Source: a virus
Taxonomy: Duplodnaviria > Caudoviricetes
DNA length: 49,252 bases
Strand: one strand, 5' to 3'
IMG/VR virus record: IMGVR_UViG_3300020414_002994
Location: 1 to 49,252 of that record
The translations under genes were made by a program, and so were the position numbers. This document shows, in pieces, positions 45,964 through 49,252 of this stretch (the stretch's first letter is position 1; every line of letters starts with the position of its first letter). The notes below the pieces were generated by a model, which saw only the letters and a program-made list of their open reading frames with translations, did no database searches and was not told where the DNA came from.

Positions 45964-47463
45964 ATGAGTAAATTATTTGAAGAAGCAATCGCAGATGCCA
46001 AAAAACTCAAAGAGGTCGCTGAAGAGAACGCTAAGAAAGCAATTCTCGAATCAGTTACCCCTCAAATTAGAGAATTTATTGAAGAGCAACTGCTTGAAAA
46101 TAATCATGATGATATTGAAGACGTAAAAGAGGACATTGAAGATCTCAATGAAGAAGTTTATCTTGACGAAAGCGCTTTGTCGTCTTTAATTAATTTAATT
46201 GGTGAAGAAAATTTAGATTCTCTAAATGAGTCTAAGTCAAAAGAAGCACTTTTCAGTGCTGTAAAAGGAGCAGTTGCATCGATGGATGATGACCAGCGAG
46301 ATCAACTGTTAAATTTATCACACAGGCTTGATGAGAGTGCTGACAAATTATCTAGCAAGAAAGGAGAGACGATGTCTAGAAAATATTATGAAGTTGACCT
46401 TAGAACATTAAGGGAAGCTATCGACAAGGAAGAAAAAAACGAATACATGGAAGAATACGATGAGGCTGCCATGGAAGAAGAAAAGTTAGACAATGAACTC
46501 AAAGAACTTTACGAAGAGTTTAGCTTTCTTCTTGAGCAAGATGAAGAAGAGGCAGGTGACGAAGCCGACGAAGAAGGTGTTGAGTCTGATCTTCCTCCAA
46601 TGGACGACCTTCCTCCTATGGATGATGCTCCTGCAGGTGGCGGCGATATGATATCTAAAGCAGATCTCGAAGGCGCTTTAGCAGAACTGGCACAAGAATT
46701 CGATCTAGATCTTAGTGATGATTTAGGATTTGGTGGTGCTGAAGGTGGTGATCTTCCTCCGATGGATGACATGCCTCCAATGGAAGACATGGGTGACTTA
46801 ATGGGAGACGAAGACGAAGGAGCAGAGCAACTTGATGAAGTATTTAATGTTGATCCACGTGTTCTCCGCCAAGAAATCAACAGAATTAAGCGTCTAGTAC
46901 GTGAAGGAAAAATGGATCATCATTTTGGTGGCAAAGGTGGCGGCAAAGCCGGCGTCGATGGATCATTTGGTGGTAAAGGTAAAGGAAAGGCCGGCGTTAG
47001 AGGTGCTTTCGGTGGAGGAAGTGAAGGTAAAGATGCTTTCACAACACCGCCACAACTTAACAAACTTAACGAGGCCTTGCGCCAGCTGAGACGTCAAAAT
47101 CGAGCTCAGTCAGAGAAACTGAATAAATACAGAGGGGCTGTTAATTCTCTTCGTGAACAGTTGGAAGATCTCAATTTATTTAATGCAAAGCTTTTGTATG
47201 TTAACAAATTGTTGCAAAACAAAAGCCTCAACGAAAGTCAGAAAAAGTCTGTTATCAAGGCTTTGGATGAAGCACAATCATTACAAGAAGCAAAATCTTT
47301 GTATTCTTCATTAACTGAAACGTTCAGACGTAGCTCAGATAAAGGTACGCTTACAGAATCTAGAATTCTTGGAAGTTCATCTCGTCCAACTACATCTGCT
47401 CAGTCAAACGCAACATCTTCTAACAATGAGTTAAGTAGATGGCAACGTTTGGCCGGTTTATAA
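45964..47463 (+). CDS. Prohead core / scaffolding protein
   Basis: Directly precedes the major capsid gene. Highly acidic coiled-coil with many (L/I)-x-E motifs and C-terminal 'RWQRLAGL'. GAGGT RBS supports ATG 45964. Confidence 0.8.
   Translation: MSKLFEEAIADAKKLKEVAEENAKKAILESVTPQIREFIEEQLLENNHDDIEDVKEDIEDLNEEVYLDESALSSLINLIGEENLDSLNESKSKEALFSAVKGAVASMDDDQRDQLLNLSHRLDESADKLSSKKGETMSRKYYEVDLRTLREAIDKEEKNEYMEEYDEAAMEEEKLDNELKELYEEFSFLLEQDEEEAGDEADEEGVESDLPPMDDLPPMDDAPAGGGDMISKADLEGALAELAQEFDLDLSDDLGFGGAEGGDLPPMDDMPPMEDMGDLMGDEDEGAEQLDEVFNVDPRVLRQEINRIKRLVREGKMDHHFGGKGGGKAGVDGSFGGKGKGKAGVRGAFGGGSEGKDAFTTPPQLNKLNEALRQLRRQNRAQSEKLNKYRGAVNSLREQLEDLNLFNAKLLYVNKLLQNKSLNESQKKSVIKALDEAQSLQEAKSLYSSLTETFRRSSDKGTLTESRILGSSSRPTTSAQSNATSSNNELSRWQRLAGL
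46588..46788 (+). repeat. Two blocks of 18-nt coding repeats (D-L/M-P-P-M-D/E) in the scaffold gene
   Basis: gatcttcctccaatggac-gaccttcctcctatggat (46588) and gatcttcctccgatggat-gacatgcctccaatggaa (46750). Confidence 0.85.
46924..47031 (+). repeat. 42-nt coding tandem repeat (FGGKGxGKAGVxGx, about 2.5 copies) in the scaffold gene
   Basis: FGGKGGGKAGVDGS / FGGKGKGKAGVRGA / FGGGSEGK. Confidence 0.8.
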
Positions 47464-47495
47464 AATAAATAAGACTACTTTCACAGGAGAAAAAA

Positions 47496-49252
47496 ATGAG
47501 TCGTACATTTACTTTAAATAACTTAACAGAAGGAATTCGCGATCGTCACGTCGGTCAAGAAGCCTCTCGTATTCAAGAAAAGTGGACCCGCACAGGTCTT
47601 CTTCGTGGCCTTGAAGGTCATAACCGTGAGAACATGGCACGCTTAATGGAAAACCAAGCAGCCCAAGTTCTTCGCGAAGCAAACACATTGGGCACTGCTG
47701 GCAGTGACGCTGGCCGCGTTGATGGATTTTCAAACATCGCTTTCCCAATCGTTCGTCGTGTATTCGGTGGTTTGGTTGCTAATGAATTAGTATCTATTCA
47801 ACCTATGTCTCTTCCAAGTGGACTTTTGTTCTACTTAGATTACACTTACGGATCTGATGTTGGTGGTGATGCCACTGCTTCTAATAACTCTTTATCAGCA
47901 ACTGGTGGATCAACTTACAAGCAAGGTCAATCTATTTACAACAACCCAGCCGGTGCAAGCGTTAGAACTGGTTCAGATGCTACTGGTGGTCAATACGACC
48001 TTGTAGGAACTTCTTACTCTAAAGTTCACTCTAACAAAGCATTCGCTTCAACTGGTGACGCATTGAATGGTGCTATGGGTACAGCTGCTACTCAAACTTT
48101 TACTGCTGCAGCTAACTTAGGTACAGCTGGTGCCGATGGTAAATTACTCCAATTCGACCCACAGATCACTAAGGAAATTGATGACGGTACTAACACCTAT
48201 CAGGTTCTTTTCATCTCTGCATCACTATTACAAGACAGTGCTAATAGAAGAGTAGATCCTACGTTGATTAAAGAAGTAGCACTCTATTCAGAAAATGGAG
48301 TTGCCGGTAACGGTCCAGGTAATTTAGGTACATTAACTGTTCCTGGCGCTGCTATTCAAGGTGGTAATAATATTTGGAACGTCAGACGTCTTAACGAATT
48401 AGGTACTCTGGTTCACGATTCCGCAGGTACAGTTTTTACTCCAGATCCATTTGCAAACGTTGCATCAGCCGGTACTGTTATTAAGACAATTGTTCAGGGT
48501 ACAGCTTCAACAATGGTGGGTATTAGTACTGCATTGAACCTGTCAGCATCTTTCCCAGTTTCTGACGCATTGGTTGAGACTGGTGACACTGATACCGGTT
48601 CTGTTTTGGTAGTTCCTTCATTTGAATCAGACTTTGGAACTACTCCAACACCAGTAATTCCTGAGATCGACATCAAGATCGAGTCTATCGCTGTTACAGC
48701 TACAACTCGTAAGTTAAGAGCTCGCTGGTCTCCAGAACTCGCTCAAGACTTAAATGCTTACCACTCAATGGATGCTGAAGTTGAATTAACTCAAATCCTT
48801 TCTGAGCAAATTGCATTGGAAATCGATCGTGAAATTCTTAATGACCTCTTGGTTCAAGCAAAAGGTGCTAACTTCTTCTGGTCACGTGCTCCTGGTAAGT
48901 TTGTGAACAAGAGAACTGGTGCACACGTATCTGCTACACTTGGTCCTGTATTTACTGGTACAGTTCGTGAATGGTATGAGACTCTTGTTGAAACCATTAT
49001 CGATGTTGCTAATGAGATTCACAGAAAGACTCTTCGTGGTTCTGCTAACTTTATCGTGGTTTCACCTGAAGTTGCAACAATCTTCGAAGCTTCTGTACTT
49101 TACAAGCCTTCTATCAAGATTGATGGTCAAGGTCAAGCAGCATTCTCTGGTATTGGTGCTGAGGCTATCGGATCTCTCTCTAACAGATTTACTGTTTACA
49201 AAGATCCTTACTTCCCACGCAACAAGATCCTTGTAGGATACAAAGGTGGTTC
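47496..49252 (+). CDS. Major capsid protein (T4 gp23-like), 3'-partial; missing from the ORF track
   Basis: AGGAG RBS and ATG 47496. My translation reads MSRTFTLNNLTEG...LMENQA...FPIVRRVFGGLVANELVSIQPMSLPSGLLFYLDY...IPEIDIKIESIAVTATTRKLRARWSPELAQDLNAYHSMDAEVELTQILSEQIALEIDREI...KDPYFPRNKILVGYKG, with no stop before the window end. Confidence 0.96.
   Translation, partial: MSRTFTLNNLTEGIRDRHVGQEASRIQEKWTRTGLLRGLEGHNRENMARLMENQAAQVLREANTLGTAGSDAGRVDGFSNIAFPIVRRVFGGLVANELVSIQPMSLPSGLLFYLDYTYGSDVGGDATASNNSLSATGGSTYKQGQSIYNNPAGASVRTGSDATGGQYDLVGTSYSKVHSNKAFASTGDALNGAMGTAATQTFTAAANLGTAGADGKLLQFDPQITKEIDDGTNTYQVLFISASLLQDSANRRVDPTLIKEVALYSENGVAGNGPGNLGTLTVPGAAIQGGNNIWNVRRLNELGTLVHDSAGTVFTPDPFANVASAGTVIKTIVQGTASTMVGISTALNLSASFPVSDALVETGDTDTGSVLVVPSFESDFGTTPTPVIPEIDIKIESIAVTATTRKLRARWSPELAQDLNAYHSMDAEVELTQILSEQIALEIDREILNDLLVQAKGANFFWSRAPGKFVNKRTGAHVSATLGPVFTGTVREWYETLVETIIDVANEIHRKTLRGSANFIVVSPEVATIFEASVLYKPSIKIDGQGQAAFSGIGAEAIGSLSNRFTVYKDPYFPRNKILVGYKGG

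Larger units (their letters stand above)
1..49252 (+). other. Segment of a large tailed dsDNA phage genome (Caudoviricetes; T4-like head genes, baseplate genes suggest a contractile tail)
   Basis: Contains TerL, gp20-like portal, gp21-like protease, gp23-like capsid and gp6-like baseplate wedge. Genes are tightly packed on one strand. No host housekeeping genes, integrase or att site seen. Confidence 0.95.

Noticed and set aside
3-48676. Numerous 60-173 aa minus-strand and alternative-frame ORFs in the ORF track
   Set aside because: They lie within or largely overlap long + strand genes, show no recognisable motifs, and look like antisense shadows of biased codon usage (for example 41895-42416 and 46509-46880).
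48919-49236. 105-aa + strand ORF near the window end
   Set aside because: It is out of frame inside the major capsid gene, whose frame is open and conserved through this region.
1-49252. Stop-codon reassignment, as seen in some large phages
   Set aside because: Code 11 gives near-complete coding density with intact conserved genes, and TAA, TAG and TGA all occur at sensible gene ends.

Overview
The window is one continuous, gene-dense, AT-rich segment of a large tailed dsDNA phage genome with a T4-like head module. All credible genes lie on the + strand and read in genetic code 11. Region 1-26.7 kb is a baseplate/tail-associated structural block (gp6-like wedge, LamG proteins, a short fibre, three very large orphan proteins, paralogous baseplate/fibre-anchor proteins). 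Region 26.7-38.6 kb mixes DNA-metabolism and accessory genes: RuvC-like resolvase, primase, small proteins with a shared N-terminal 'K(I/L)(T/S)xxxLxxxIxxE' helix, a PAP2-phosphatase/Fic fusion, a four-gene cassette with repeated TGTAAC-N16-TATAAT promoters that includes a MoxR-type AAA+ ATPase and a zincin-vWA protein, and a fused Mre11-Rad50. Region 38.6-49.3 kb is the packaging/head block (TerL, portal, prohead protease, scaffold, and a gp23-type major capsid gene that runs off the window end and is missing from the ORF track). The strongest novelty candidates are the PAP2-Fic fusion, which has all catalytic motifs plus the Fic auto-inhibitory motif, and a possible late-promoter-driven set of capsid cargo proteins. 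Other candidates are the promoter-per-gene cassette and a [ST]-[GAS]-S motif enriched in some virion proteins. All functional calls come from motif recognition by eye; no database search was run. No tRNA, rRNA, CRISPR array, IS element or intein was seen.
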